A DNA stretch of 64,000 nucleotides, taken from positions 43,569 to 107,568 of the forward strand of contig JWKY01000001.1 in the NCBI GenBank assembly GCA_000806015.1. The letters run 5' to 3'. This DNA comes from an archaeon GW2011_AR19 (lineage in GTDB: Archaea; Nanobdellota; Nanobdellia; Pacearchaeales; GW2011-AR1). The position numbers and the translations under genes are program-made. Shown piece after piece: positions 38,722 to 49,230 of this stretch. Below the pieces are notes generated by a model. The model saw only the letters and a program-made list of their open reading frames with translations, ran no database searches and was not told the DNA's origin. The stretch's first letter is position 1; each line of letters starts with the position of its first letter.

Positions 38722-39966
38722 TTATATAATTTCCAATTTTGGAATTGGAACAATTAATCTTGCCCCCCATTCTTTTGTATATTCTAATCTTTTTTTTATA
38801 GAATCTTTAAAATTCCAGGGCAAAATCAATATATTGTCTGGTTTTGTCTCTCTTAATTTCTCTTCTCCAACAACAGGAATATGGCTTTCTGGAAGATATT
38901 TTCCCTGTTTAAACGGGGTTAAATCTGCGACATAACTTATAAGGTCTTTTCTTATACCGCAATAATTTAATAGAGTATTTCCTTTTGCAGCCGCCCCATA
39001 ACCGACAACTGTTTTTCCGTTTTCTTTTTGTTCAATAAGAAATTTTAACAAATCATATTTAACTTTATCAACTCGCGGCGTGAATCCATTATAATAATCA
39101 AGGTTCATCATTCCAGAATCAATTTCTTTTTTTTCAAGTAAATTTACTCTCTCTGAAATTCCATGAGTATTATCATTTTCATGCTTAGCGTAAATTCTAA
39201 GCGAACCTCCATGAGTTGGAATTTCTTCAACATCAAATAATTTTAATTTGTGAGAGTTAAATATTTTTTTGACCACGCTAAATGAAAAGTAAGAATAATG
39301 CTCCTGATAAATTGTATCAAACTGATTTTGTTCTACAATATTTTTTAAATGAGGAAATTCCATAGTTAAAACTCCTTTATTTCCTAAGATTTTTTCTAAC
39401 CCTTTAACAAAATCATTTACATTTGGAACATGAGCAAGGACATTATTTCCAATTAACAAATCAGCCTTAGTTCCTAATTTGACAAGCTCTTCTGCAAGTG
39501 TAATTCCAAAAAATTTCTCAATTGTTGGGATTCCATTTTTAATTGCGATTTTTGCAGTGCTTGACGAAGGTTCTATACCTAAAACAGGAATTTCTTTTTC
39601 TTTAAAATATTGCAATAAATAACCATCATTTGAAGCAATTTCAATAACTTGTGATTTATTATTTAAGTTTAAATGAGGAATTATAAAATCTGCGTATTTT
39701 TTGCAATGTTCTAACCAGGGTTGTGAAACAGAAGAAAAATAAACATAATCGTCCCCAAAAATTTCATTATGCGCTCTGTGTTCGTCTACTTGCACAAGAA
39801 AACATTTATCGCATACAAAAACTCTTAGAGGATACGCAATTTCTGGTTCATTTAATTGTTCTTCTGTTCTAAATGAATTTGTTGGAGGGGCGTTTCCCAA
39901 TTCTATAAAAATATTATCAAGAGGGCTATTGCAAAATCTGCACCCCATTTTATTCCCTTGCACCAT
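38722..39966 (-). CDS. NDP-sugar C-methyltransferase (Zn-binding, EryBIII/NovU-like)
   Basis: CRFC...CDKCFLVQ, EIASNDGYLL, NNVLAH, FDTIYQEHYSY, THGGSLR, GYGAAAKGNTLLN, LPWN. Confidence 0.92.
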   Translation of the reverse strand: MVQGNKMGCRFCNSPLDNIFIELGNAPPTNSFRTEEQLNEPEIAYPLRVFVCDKCFLVQVDEHRAHNEIFGDDYVYFSSVSQPWLEHCKKYADFIIPHLNLNNKSQVIEIASNDGYLLQYFKEKEIPVLGIEPSSSTAKIAIKNGIPTIEKFFGITLAEELVKLGTKADLLIGNNVLAHVPNVNDFVKGLEKILGNKGVLTMEFPHLKNIVEQNQFDTIYQEHYSYFSFSVVKKIFNSHKLKLFDVEEIPTHGGSLRIYAKHENDNTHGISERVNLLEKKEIDSGMMNLDYYNGFTPRVDKVKYDLLKFLIEQKENGKTVVGYGAAAKGNTLLNYCGIRKDLISYVADLTPFKQGKYLPESHIPVVGEEKLRETKPDNILILPWNFKDSIKKRLEYTKEWGARLIVPIPKLEII

Positions 39967-40063
39967 TTTTTATTTTAAACAATATTCTTTCTGATAAAAA
40001 TTAGTTTTTAAGCATTATCGTGATTTATCTAAATCTTTAAAAAGATATCAATAAAGTAATTTT

Positions 40064-40603
40064 ATGGAAATACAATCTACAGAGTTTAAAGGATTATTTT
40101 TAATAGCGCCAAATGTATATTCAGATAGCAGGGGTTATTTTTTTGAAAAATATAATAAAAAAATATTCGCAGAAAAGAGCATTACTCAAGATTTTTTGCA
40201 GGAAAGTGAATCTTTTTCTTATAAAAATACCCTTAGAGGATTGCATTTTCAAAAAAAACCTTTTGAACAAGGAAAACTTGTTTCTGTTGTTCAGGGAAGC
40301 ATAAAAGATGTTGTTGTGGATATAAGAAAAGATTCTCAGAATTATGGAAAATGGAAAGCATTTCTTCTTGATTCTAAAGAAAAAAAATCTCTTTTTGTTC
40401 CAGAAGGATTTGCCCACGGATTTCTTGCTTTAGAGGATTCAATAGTGTCTTATAGAATAACTGCACTTTATAATAAAGAATCAGAGTCGGGCATAATTTG
40501 GAATGATTCATTTCTGAATATAAATTGGGGGATATCTAATCCTATTTTATCTGAGAAAGATAAAAAACTCCCAATTTTCAATGACCTATCAAATCTAATT
40601 TAA
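40064..40603 (+). CDS. rmlC: dTDP-4-dehydrorhamnose 3,5-epimerase
   Basis: DSRGYF.E, LRGLHFQ, QGKLV, DVVVDIR, VPEGFAHGF, LSEKD. Confidence 0.93.
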   Translation: MEIQSTEFKGLFLIAPNVYSDSRGYFFEKYNKKIFAEKSITQDFLQESESFSYKNTLRGLHFQKKPFEQGKLVSVVQGSIKDVVVDIRKDSQNYGKWKAFLLDSKEKKSLFVPEGFAHGFLALEDSIVSYRITALYNKESESGIIWNDSFLNINWGISNPILSEKDKKLPIFNDLSNLI

Positions 40604-40607
40604 TAAC

Positions 40608-41423
40608 TCAAACTAAATTTTTCTTATAATCTATTAGACATGCTCTTACCGCATTGTGGATGTCAGGCATTATAATTCCCTCTTTAGATAATTTTGAAGT
40701 ATCAAGAATTCCATCTGCCTTTTTATTTAATAATAATTTGTCCAATTCTTTATTAGAGATAATTTCAAATTTATGTGTCGGGTCTACAATTTCTTTATAC
40801 ATTTCCATTATTTCAACAAGTGAAATCAAACCCGGATTTGTTGCATTATATATTCCAATTTTTCTTTTTTCAATTAAACTTTCAAGCGCATTAAGTATAT
40901 CCGGCACAACTGTAATAGAATTTTTAACATCAGCGATTTGATTATATCCCTTTAGTTTATCTATTAAATTTTTTTCATGGGATCGGCAATCTAAAGGCAT
41001 ATTTATTCTTAATTGCAAACATGGAAATTCTTTTAGTATTTTTTCAGAAATTATTTTTGTTCTTGCATGAGTTTGCAAATAAAAGTTAGGTTCGTCCTCT
41101 TCATTAAATTCTTTATTCTTTCCTGTATAAATTCCTCCAGTCCCAAAATGCACAAAATAAATTCCTTTTTGTGAGCATGTAATCCCAAGATTTGCGGCAG
41201 CAACTACATTTGACATAAATGTTTCTTCCTTATGGGTTTCACACCAGTCAATATTTGGTTTTCCGGTTTTTCCAACCGCGTTAATAACAATGTCTGGTTT
41301 TGTTTGTTCAAGTGTTTGCTCAAGAGCATATCTATCAAGAACATCTATCTCCGATAAATAATAATTAAATTTATCAGCTATTCTTTTGCCTATAAATCCT
41401 GCTCCAAATACTAAACCTTTCAT
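40608..41423 (-). CDS. NDP-4-keto-rhamnose reductase, NRS/ER-like (3,5-epimerase/4-reductase) subfamily
   Basis: FGAGFIG, AVGKTGKPNIDWCETHKEET, GTG.IY, LRINMP, GIYNATNPG. Confidence 0.8.
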   Translation of the reverse strand: MKGLVFGAGFIGKRIADKFNYYLSEIDVLDRYALEQTLEQTKPDIVINAVGKTGKPNIDWCETHKEETFMSNVVAAANLGITCSQKGIYFVHFGTGGIYTGKNKEFNEEDEPNFYLQTHARTKIISEKILKEFPCLQLRINMPLDCRSHEKNLIDKLKGYNQIADVKNSITVVPDILNALESLIEKRKIGIYNATNPGLISLVEIMEMYKEIVDPTHKFEIISNKELDKLLLNKKADGILDTSKLSKEGIIMPDIHNAVRACLIDYKKNLV

Positions 41424-41537
41424 GGATTTTGTCAGTTTTTCTTGTTTAAGAATTTAACTATTTTATAATTTTAAAATGACATATGTCCTTGATTATAATT
41501 TCATTAAAAAATAATCTAATCCAAACAATTTTTGTAT

Positions 41538-42557
41538 TTAATCTTTCTTATTTAATATTCTAACTGCCAAAAATGAATATATATAATTTAGAGTTATCGC
41601 AAATGTTAAAATCGGATGAACAAGCCAGGAAAATTCTTTTTGTTTAATAGCCATTTTTATTCCATCAAAAAGTCTTGGAAAAATTATAAGATTATAAAAA
41701 ACATTTTTAACAAATTTAAGATTCTGTTTGAAATTATTTTTTTCTAAACTTATCCAATAAAAGTTTCTATGCTGAATATTCTCTCTTAAATAATACCTAA
41801 CATAAAATCCTCTTTTTTTAACAAATTCAAAAAATTCTGAAGAAGTTTTATGAAATACCTTCAAATCCAATGGGATAGCAACATTATATTTGTGTTTGTT
41901 TAATGCCATTCTATAAAAATTATCTATATCTTGTGTATATCCTTTGTTGTCAAAAAAGTCTTTTTTCCTTATTAAAAATCCATTATCTCCCCCATAACAA
42001 AAATCATTTTTACTTATTGTATAAATAAAATATTTTTCTTTTTTATTAAATTCAAATTTTTTTGGATGAAGTATGACTTCTGATTTTAGGGAATAGGGTA
42101 TAGCAAAAGGATCTTCAATCCCTGTTGCTCCGAGATATCTGTCTATGGTAGAGCCCCCTTCAGGAATAAGTGTAAGTGACTGAACACAAGAAAGGGTTTT
42201 ATTCTTCATAAGAATTTCAGCCATTGATTTTAACCAAAACTTCTGGATAAGAAGATTATCTTGGTCAATCATTAAAATAAATTCTCCAGTTGCTTTTTTA
42301 GAAGCGATATCTGCTCCTCCACCGCGTCCAACTTTATATTTTTTAGGATTATCTATTAATTTTATTATTTTAGGGTATTTTTTTTGATAATTTTTAATAA
42401 TGCTTAAAGTTTTATCTGTGCTTCCTCCATCGGCAACTATCATCTCAAGTTTGTCCTTGGGATAAGTTTGCTCGAAAAATAGTTTTAAACAATCTTCAAT
42501 AGTTTTCTCGCCGTTATATGTCACTAAAACTACGCTTATTTTAGGATATTTTTCCAT
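41538..42557 (-). CDS. Glycosyltransferase family 2
   Basis: ISVVLVTYN, ADGGSTDKT, IDQD. Confidence 0.9.
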   Translation of the reverse strand: MEKYPKISVVLVTYNGEKTIEDCLKLFFEQTYPKDKLEMIVADGGSTDKTLSIIKNYQKKYPKIIKLIDNPKKYKVGRGGGADIASKKATGEFILMIDQDNLLIQKFWLKSMAEILMKNKTLSCVQSLTLIPEGGSTIDRYLGATGIEDPFAIPYSLKSEVILHPKKFEFNKKEKYFIYTISKNDFCYGGDNGFLIRKKDFFDNKGYTQDIDNFYRMALNKHKYNVAIPLDLKVFHKTSSEFFEFVKKRGFYVRYYLRENIQHRNFYWISLEKNNFKQNLKFVKNVFYNLIIFPRLFDGIKMAIKQKEFSWLVHPILTFAITLNYIYSFLAVRILNKKD

Positions 42558-42558
42558 T

Positions 42559-43491
42559 TTATTTTTCTGCTTCTACTTCTAATATAGAACCCCCTTTCAT
42601 ATAAGTAACTAAAAGACTTATTGGCGTAAACAATATTTTAGATAAACTAGAAAAGATTAAATTATGTTTTTTTCTTTTATCTTTTTGTTTGTCAACAAGA
42701 TAAAACTTAATAGAGCCGTCTAACATATAAGGAATGTCATAAGTTCTTATTTTGTTTATTTTAAATCCATATTTTTCCAATCTAATTTTTATATTTTTAG
42801 GATTATAAGTATAAAGATGTCTGGGAACATCATATCCATACCAATTTTTTCCAAATATTTTATTCCAAAGTCCATCCCCATTTGGAACAACAATAATTAG
42901 TTTTCCTCCATTTTTTAAGAGAGAATAACTTTTTTTTAAAACTGCATCTTGATTGGGAATATGTTCTAAAACTTCTTTCATAATAATATAATCAAAGCTT
43001 TCTGTAGGAAAATTTGATTTAAGGATATTTTTTCTTTCTATTCCTAAGTTTTTTTCTCTTTGTGTAAGATTTAGTCCATATGGTTCTAATCCTGCAGTTC
43101 TTAAACCATATTTTTTATAAAATTCAAGTTGCATTCCGTCTCCACATCCAATCTCAAGAAGTTTTTTGCCAGGGTCTATTCTGTAGTGATATAATAAAGA
43201 ACTAAAAGGCCAGAATAAAATATTAAATAACAGATTCTTATTAGAATAATACTCTGCTGAGATTTTGTGATATAAGATTGAGAGTTTAGATTTTTTATGG
43301 TAAGAGTAATACTCTGAGGGAGGATAATATTTTGCTATTTGTTTTTCGTTCAATAACGGCTCAATAAATTTAAATTCGCAATTAGAACATTTATTTAATG
43401 AAAATTCTCCCGATACAAAATAATCTTTATCATACATAGAAGAATACAAAATGTTAGCTTTTCCTTCACATAAGGGACATCTTTTTTCCAT
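42559..43491 (-). CDS. Class I SAM-dependent methyltransferase with N-terminal Zn ribbon
   Basis: CPLC...CSNC, LLEIGCGDG, VLEHIP, PRHL. Confidence 0.88.
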   Translation of the reverse strand: MEKRCPLCEGKANILYSSMYDKDYFVSGEFSLNKCSNCEFKFIEPLLNEKQIAKYYPPSEYYSYHKKSKLSILYHKISAEYYSNKNLLFNILFWPFSSLLYHYRIDPGKKLLEIGCGDGMQLEFYKKYGLRTAGLEPYGLNLTQREKNLGIERKNILKSNFPTESFDYIIMKEVLEHIPNQDAVLKKSYSLLKNGGKLIIVVPNGDGLWNKIFGKNWYGYDVPRHLYTYNPKNIKIRLEKYGFKINKIRTYDIPYMLDGSIKFYLVDKQKDKRKKHNLIFSSLSKILFTPISLLVTYMKGGSILEVEAEK

Positions 43492-44417
43492 TATCTCGTT
43501 AGCCTCATTTTCCAGCCTTCTTTGGTTGAAATATTTCTTTTAAATTTACTTTTAATTGAGCCTATTAAAAATGCTAAATTTAATAATGAAAATCCAAGAA
43601 ATTCTTTTAAACTCATATTGGGTATTTTTCTTATAATATAAAAAAAGAATTTCGGCGATAAAATTTTTACTGGTCTTTTTATAGCCTTTAATTGGTTTCT
43701 GGCTAATGCTGTTCTTTCTTTTATTTTTATTAATTCCTTAAATTTATAAGTTTCACCTGCAGTAATCATTCTTGGCAACTTTTGGTTTGTTGTTGCAACA
43801 ATTTCTAAACCAGAATTTACTATGTCATAAAATCTCTCAAAATCATCTCCCAATGTTTGGTTTTGTTTGTATAGCTTTTTTCTAAAGATATTCACAATTA
43901 GCGGTGAAAAATTTTTATCTGCAATTGTCCATAAATCATTTATTTTTTTTCCATGTTCTTTTATATAATCAATCCAAATTTGATTTTGTATCATTACCCC
44001 TATTTCAAGAATTCCTGCTTCTTTTCTTGCAGGATATTGCACTGAGAACGAATCCGCAATGCACCCCACTTTAGGATTATTGAAAATATCTAATAATTGT
44101 TTTAATGAATCCTTATCTTTAACTCTAAATATCCAATCTGCATCATTAATAATCATAATTTCACCTTTTGCTTTTTTTATTATTTTGTTTATAACTGCCG
44201 GCTTGCCTTCTCTTATATTCAGATTATAATGTCTTATTTTTTTAGATTTTTTTTCAAAAGATTTTACTATCTCTTCAGTCTTGTCTGTACAGCCGTCTAA
44301 CCCTATAATTACTTCATAATTTTTATATGGCAGAGAAATAAGATTTTTCAAATTTTTGGATATTATTTTTTCTTCATTATGGACTGCCATTAAAAATGAA
44401 ACCTTTATTTCTTTCAT
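43491..44417 (-). CDS. Glycosyltransferase family 2
   Basis: AVHNEE, LDGCTDKT, GKP..IN, NDAD. Confidence 0.87.
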   Translation of the reverse strand: MKEIKVSFLMAVHNEEKIISKNLKNLISLPYKNYEVIIGLDGCTDKTEEIVKSFEKKSKKIRHYNLNIREGKPAVINKIIKKAKGEIMIINDADWIFRVKDKDSLKQLLDIFNNPKVGCIADSFSVQYPARKEAGILEIGVMIQNQIWIDYIKEHGKKINDLWTIADKNFSPLIVNIFRKKLYKQNQTLGDDFERFYDIVNSGLEIVATTNQKLPRMITAGETYKFKELIKIKERTALARNQLKAIKRPVKILSPKFFFYIIRKIPNMSLKEFLGFSLLNLAFLIGSIKSKFKRNISTKEGWKMRLTR

Positions 44418-45211
44418 CTATTCAATCTCCTTCTTGTTCTAAGTGAGGCATTTACACTCCAATCATAAAACTTTATTAAACTTTTGAAAGGAGAACTTAA
44501 AATTCTTAATCTCACTATAGCTAATAACATTACTGGTCCCGATTTAGCAAAATTTACTTTAGAATATTCTTTGTCACTCCAAGAAGTAGAGATTTCTTTA
44601 ATTTTAAATCCAAGTCTTTTCATATTATAAAGAACCTCTACATCAAAAGCGAGTTGCGAAAAAGTTAATTTTGGAATTGTTTTTTCCAAGGTTTTTCGTT
44701 TAAAAAGTTTGGCTCCGCATTGAGTATCTTTAAATTGCAATCCTAAGATAATCCTTATCATAAAATTAAAAATTCTTGAAGCAAAAATTCTTTCAAAAGT
44801 GGGTTTTGGAGCAATGATTGAGTCTTTAACATATCTGCTTGCAATTATCCCGTCGTAATTATTAATTTTTTTAACCAGCTCATAAAAAGTTTCAGGCGAA
44901 GTAGCCATATCAGCGTCCTTAAATCCAATTAAATTGCTATTTCCTTTTAGCGCTTCTTTAAAACCCTCAATAACTGCATAACCTTTAGCTCCTCTTTTTA
45001 AATTTAAATATTTTAATTCTTTGTTTTTTTTAGCGAGCTCTTTTACAATTTCAAGAGTCTTATCAGTTGAACCATTTACAACTGCAATTATTTCAAAATC
45101 TAAAATTTTATTTTTTTTAATGGCTTTAAAAAATTTTAAATTTGAATCAAGAGTTTCTTTAATTCGTTTCTCTTCATTATAAGCGGGGATAATTATGCTG
45201 ATTTTTTCCAT
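44414..45211 (-). CDS. Dolichyl-phosphate glycosyltransferase (ALG5/AglJ-like GT2)
   Basis: IIIPAYNEE, KG.AV..G, DADMAT, IASRY, DTQCGAKLF, FDVE. Confidence 0.88.
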   Translation of the reverse strand: MEKISIIIPAYNEEKRIKETLDSNLKFFKAIKKNKILDFEIIAVVNGSTDKTLEIVKELAKKNKELKYLNLKRGAKGYAVIEGFKEALKGNSNLIGFKDADMATSPETFYELVKKINNYDGIIASRYVKDSIIAPKPTFERIFASRIFNFMIRIILGLQFKDTQCGAKLFKRKTLEKTIPKLTFSQLAFDVEVLYNMKRLGFKIKEISTSWSDKEYSKVNFAKSGPVMLLAIVRLRILSSPFKSLIKFYDWSVNASLRTRRRLNR

Positions 45212-46440
45212 TTTCTAACAAAAATAAAAGCCCCTATAAAGGTTATTATAGTAGAGAACATAAATGCAAGAGTAAATTGTTTAATGTCTGCATTAAATAA
45301 AAATAGCAAAATTATCTCTATAACTAAAAAGAGGATAATTAATAATAAATGGGGTAAATTAAATTCGTCTGTTGAGATTCTATATAATATAAGAATATTT
45401 AGAAAAGCTATCAAGCTAAACGCGATTCCAAGATATGGCAATAATTCTGCTATTTCTAAATACTGGCTGCCAAATAATAATTTTATTGTCAGTTCTGGAA
45501 GAATAATAAAAAGAGCGACAGCAGCGGCGCATAATATAAAAACATACAGCGAGGCTTTTTTAATGATTCCGCTTGTTTTGGCTTTTGCATAATGTCTTTC
45601 AGCGCTTATAGGAAACATCGCATTTCCAATAGACATTGTAGAAAATAAAATCATTTTTCCTATTGTTGAAAGCACTGCATACTGGCCTGCAATTTCACTT
45701 GAAAAAAACACCCTTGCTAAAATTACATCAATGCTGTAAATAAAAACAAAAACTAAAATTGAACCAAAAATCAAGCTATTTTCTTTAGTTAAAATTTTTG
45801 TCCCATCATTATCTCTTTTAGCGTTTATTATTTCCTTTATATACGGCAAAGCAAGAATAAAACCAAAAACCATTCCTAAAATAAAACCTAAAATAGCTCC
45901 ATAAACTTTAAATCCAAAAATTACAAGAATTATTGCAACTACAATTTTTATAAAAAAAACTAAAAGAGTGTTCCAGCCAAGAGCTGAGAATTTTTTCATT
46001 CCCTGCAAAGAGCCCGCAGCAAGAGGGTAAACAAATGAGGCAATTATTAAAGTTCCTGTTAAAACTAAAAGCCAAAAAGAAATATTAAGGGGTTTTATAA
46101 TAAAAAAAGACAAGATTACAAAAAGAATAAAAACAATAAGCGAGAAAATAAATAATTTTTTTAAAAAACTAAAAAACAAGCCACCCATTTTATTGTATTC
46201 TTTTGTTGCATTGAATATTGCAATTTTTTTTGATACAGCAGTTTGTATCGCTAATGTCGGAATTGTAAAAATATATGTAAAACTTATTAAAACAGCAAGA
46301 ATTCCATAGTCTGAAGGCCCAAGCATTCTCGCCATAATAATTTGATAAAGATAATTAATTAGATTTCCAATATTAATTAAAACAAAAAGAATTAAACTTC
46401 CTCTAAAAAGTTCATTTTTCTTAATTTTTTCAAAAATCAT
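45193..46440 (-). CDS. Oligosaccharide flippase (MOP/Wzx family)
   Basis: About 12 TM helices; ARMLGPSDYG, AG.Y, LFG..Y. Confidence 0.87.
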   Translation of the reverse strand: MIFEKIKKNELFRGSLILFVLINIGNLINYLYQIIMARMLGPSDYGILAVLISFTYIFTIPTLAIQTAVSKKIAIFNATKEYNKMGGLFFSFLKKLFIFSLIVFILFVILSFFIIKPLNISFWLLVLTGTLIIASFVYPLAAGSLQGMKKFSALGWNTLLVFFIKIVVAIILVIFGFKVYGAILGFILGMVFGFILALPYIKEIINAKRDNDGTKILTKENSLIFGSILVFVFIYSIDVILARVFFSSEIAGQYAVLSTIGKMILFSTMSIGNAMFPISAERHYAKAKTSGIIKKASLYVFILCAAAVALFIILPELTIKLLFGSQYLEIAELLPYLGIAFSLIAFLNILILYRISTDEFNLPHLLLIILFLVIEIILLFLFNADIKQFTLAFMFSTIITFIGAFIFVRKWKKSA

Positions 46441-46441
46441 T

Positions 46442-49195
46442 TTACAATTCCCAACTTAAATATTTTGAAGAATCTCTGTCAAGGTATTCTTGTTTTTTTT
46501 CCTCGTTTCCAGTATATTTAATTTCCCAGATTTTTATAGGCCCCTGAATTCCCTGATAATAAACAAATTCATTTAAATTTACACCTTGTTTTTTTAGCTC
46601 GCTGACTATTAAATTATCTTCTGAATGAACTAATTTAAAGTTTAAGAATTTGTTAAAAGGATCATTTAATAAATATTTTTGGGCAAAATATCCCCTCATA
46701 ACCCGAGGAGAAATATAAATCATGCTTCCAAAATCATCCATCTTGACCTGTCCGTTAACAACCTCTATTTTTTGAATTATCTTTATAGTCCCTTCTAATC
46801 CGCTTCCAAAATCAACAAATTTATTATTATATTCTAAATATCTTAAAGGAAGATTATATTGCTGGCCATTATAAACAAAAACTCCTGTTGGCTGAATAAA
46901 ACTCAGGCTTTCATTATTTTGAGAACTCTGGAGGATTACCCCCCCGATTCCTGCTGCTCCAGACGGCAGGAAAATTTCTGAATTATTTAAATTGTAAATT
47001 ATATCTTCATCTAATCCAACTCCCCCGCTATAAACTCTCATCATTCCAGAACTTGTTTCTCTGCTTTGGCTTTTGTCGAAATGAATTGTTGGAATAAAAG
47101 ATAATCGATCATAATTCTCGCTGCTGCCAATGCTTGAAAACGCCCCGTATTTTCCAATATCTGAAGAATCTATTAATAAATAATTTGCATCATGGCTATA
47201 TAAAAATTCTAAAGCATCTTTTTGATTATCGCCAGTCAAGACTAATCTTCCAGTTAAGTAATTCCACCAGACAACCATGTTTCCACCGTCTGTAACTGTC
47301 GCTCTCTCTCCTATTGATTGAAGCCAGTAACCATAATCCCACCAGTGCGCAAAAACACTATTTTGAGGGGTTTCATCTCTGACCCATTTCATTGCTTTTT
47401 GCCATTGTTGATTATAAGCAGATGGAACAGCATTATATGCCTGGGATTTAATTTCTTTATAATATGAAATAAATATAAATATTGTCAAGACAATTAAAAT
47501 TATTGCAATAATTCCTAAAAATAATCTTTTTTCTTCTTTTGAATTTTTAAATGAGAAAATTGACTGGTCAATTAAATATCCAACGAATATTGGAACAATT
47601 GGTCCGAGAATCATAACTAATCTTACAGCACTTCTGGCGCTGAATAATGCAAGAACTAATAAAGACAACAAAAGCAGAGAGCTATATTCTATTTTTTCAA
47701 AACCTTTGTGTTTTTCTTTTTGATATTTAACATAATAATAAATAAAAAATCCGACTAAAAGAGCAATTGATAAAAGAAAAAAAGTTTTGCTTATGAAATT
47801 TTCTCCATTAAACATGCTTGAGGGAGAATATCTTGAAAACATTAATCCAGATAAAAATAAAACAAATAAACCAGTTAGTATCCATGAATCTTTTTTCTTA
47901 ATTTCATTTAACATTTTTTTAAAGAAAACTATTGAGCCAATAAAAAATAACCAGAACATTATTGGAATCGCTTTAATGAATGGTCCGAAACTTCCAACCC
48001 ATTCAGTAAAATAAGGCTGTTTATTTTCTGCAACTGTCTGATTCCATCTTCCTGTTACAGGTTTAAAAAGAGTATTGTTAATCTGTTTTATTTTGTCGGA
48101 TAGCATTGAAGGATTTATAATAAGAGCGATTATTAAAAGCGCTAAAACCAGAACCAAAATTGAAATTATATTTTTTGGAAGATTTATTTTCTTTAAAAAT
48201 TTATTTTCAGAAATTTTTGTATTCCATAGTAGAAGGTGCAAAAATAATAGCATTAGTAAAATAAATGTGGCACTGTTTATCAAGGAAGATGAAATAAAAC
48301 TAACATGGCCTTTTCCAGGAAGAAGAGATAAAAACAATCTTGCAGAAATCCACCATGAAGAATAAACAATTATTTCTTTCTTTTTAAATTTGTTTAAAAT
48401 AAATGCAGTAAAACTCGCGGCAAAAGTTGCCCAATATAAATAAGCAGATAATCCAGATACTAATGCCATACCTGCAGTCGCAGCTCCTGCTAAAATTCCG
48501 TAAATTAAAGCATGTTTTATTTTTTCAGATTTCCAGGCTTTTAAAAATAAAAATAACGCAAGAAATAAAAAGAAAAACATTGCAGATTCTTTTTCTGGAA
48601 TGCCTGCAACTGTCCTTGATAATAAAATTGGAATTACAATCATTAAAAATGTAGAAATTAAAGAAATTATGTTTGCGCGAATTTTGCTTAATTTAGACTC
48701 TCTTGCAAAAAGTTCTCTTACAAATAAGAAAAAAACGATTATTGTCAGCGCAAAAATGATTACAGGAAATAGCGCTGCTCCAAATTCAACATTCGCCTGC
48801 GGATAAAAAATCTTTGAGAGTTTGTAAGCCAAGGCAACCATATACGGGAGCAAAACTGTTTCTTCTGATGTTTTAAATCCAAGAGGAACATTTCTCATTG
48901 TGTCTATCTCTGGAATTGACCCTTCATTTACAATTAATTTTGCCATTCTTGTAAATAGCCAGGGATCTAAATCAGGTCCGAGCGTCCAAGTATTTGTTGC
49001 AACATCCCAAAGTCCGGGATTTCCGCCATGATCTGACATAGGCAAACTTCTAATATATATTCCAAGAATTAAAGCAATTATTAAGAGACCAATCACCCAA
49101 ACTTCCGGCTTTTTAAGAAAATTTATTATTTTGTCTTTTCTTATTTTAATTAATTCATCTTCGCTATTTGATTTATTTTCGGCTAAACTTTCCAT
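46442..49195 (-). CDS. aglB: Oligosaccharyltransferase STT3/AglB
   Basis: DLDPW, RTVAG, TVAEN, WWDYGYW, T.TDG, DIGK. Confidence 0.95.
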   Translation of the reverse strand: MESLAENKSNSEDELIKIRKDKIINFLKKPEVWVIGLLIIALILGIYIRSLPMSDHGGNPGLWDVATNTWTLGPDLDPWLFTRMAKLIVNEGSIPEIDTMRNVPLGFKTSEETVLLPYMVALAYKLSKIFYPQANVEFGAALFPVIIFALTIIVFFLFVRELFARESKLSKIRANIISLISTFLMIVIPILLSRTVAGIPEKESAMFFFLFLALFLFLKAWKSEKIKHALIYGILAGAATAGMALVSGLSAYLYWATFAASFTAFILNKFKKKEIIVYSSWWISARLFLSLLPGKGHVSFISSSLINSATFILLMLLFLHLLLWNTKISENKFLKKINLPKNIISILVLVLALLIIALIINPSMLSDKIKQINNTLFKPVTGRWNQTVAENKQPYFTEWVGSFGPFIKAIPIMFWLFFIGSIVFFKKMLNEIKKKDSWILTGLFVLFLSGLMFSRYSPSSMFNGENFISKTFFLLSIALLVGFFIYYYVKYQKEKHKGFEKIEYSSLLLLSLLVLALFSARSAVRLVMILGPIVPIFVGYLIDQSIFSFKNSKEEKRLFLGIIAIILIVLTIFIFISYYKEIKSQAYNAVPSAYNQQWQKAMKWVRDETPQNSVFAHWWDYGYWLQSIGERATVTDGGNMVVWWNYLTGRLVLTGDNQKDALEFLYSHDANYLLIDSSDIGKYGAFSSIGSSENYDRLSFIPTIHFDKSQSRETSSGMMRVYSGGVGLDEDIIYNLNNSEIFLPSGAAGIGGVILQSSQNNESLSFIQPTGVFVYNGQQYNLPLRYLEYNNKFVDFGSGLEGTIKIIQKIEVVNGQVKMDDFGSMIYISPRVMRGYFAQKYLLNDPFNKFLNFKLVHSEDNLIVSELKKQGVNLNEFVYYQGIQGPIKIWEIKYTGNEEKKQEYLDRDSSKYLSWEL

Positions 49196-49230
49196 TTTTA
49201 GATTAGAATAATTTTATATTTAAAGCTTTG

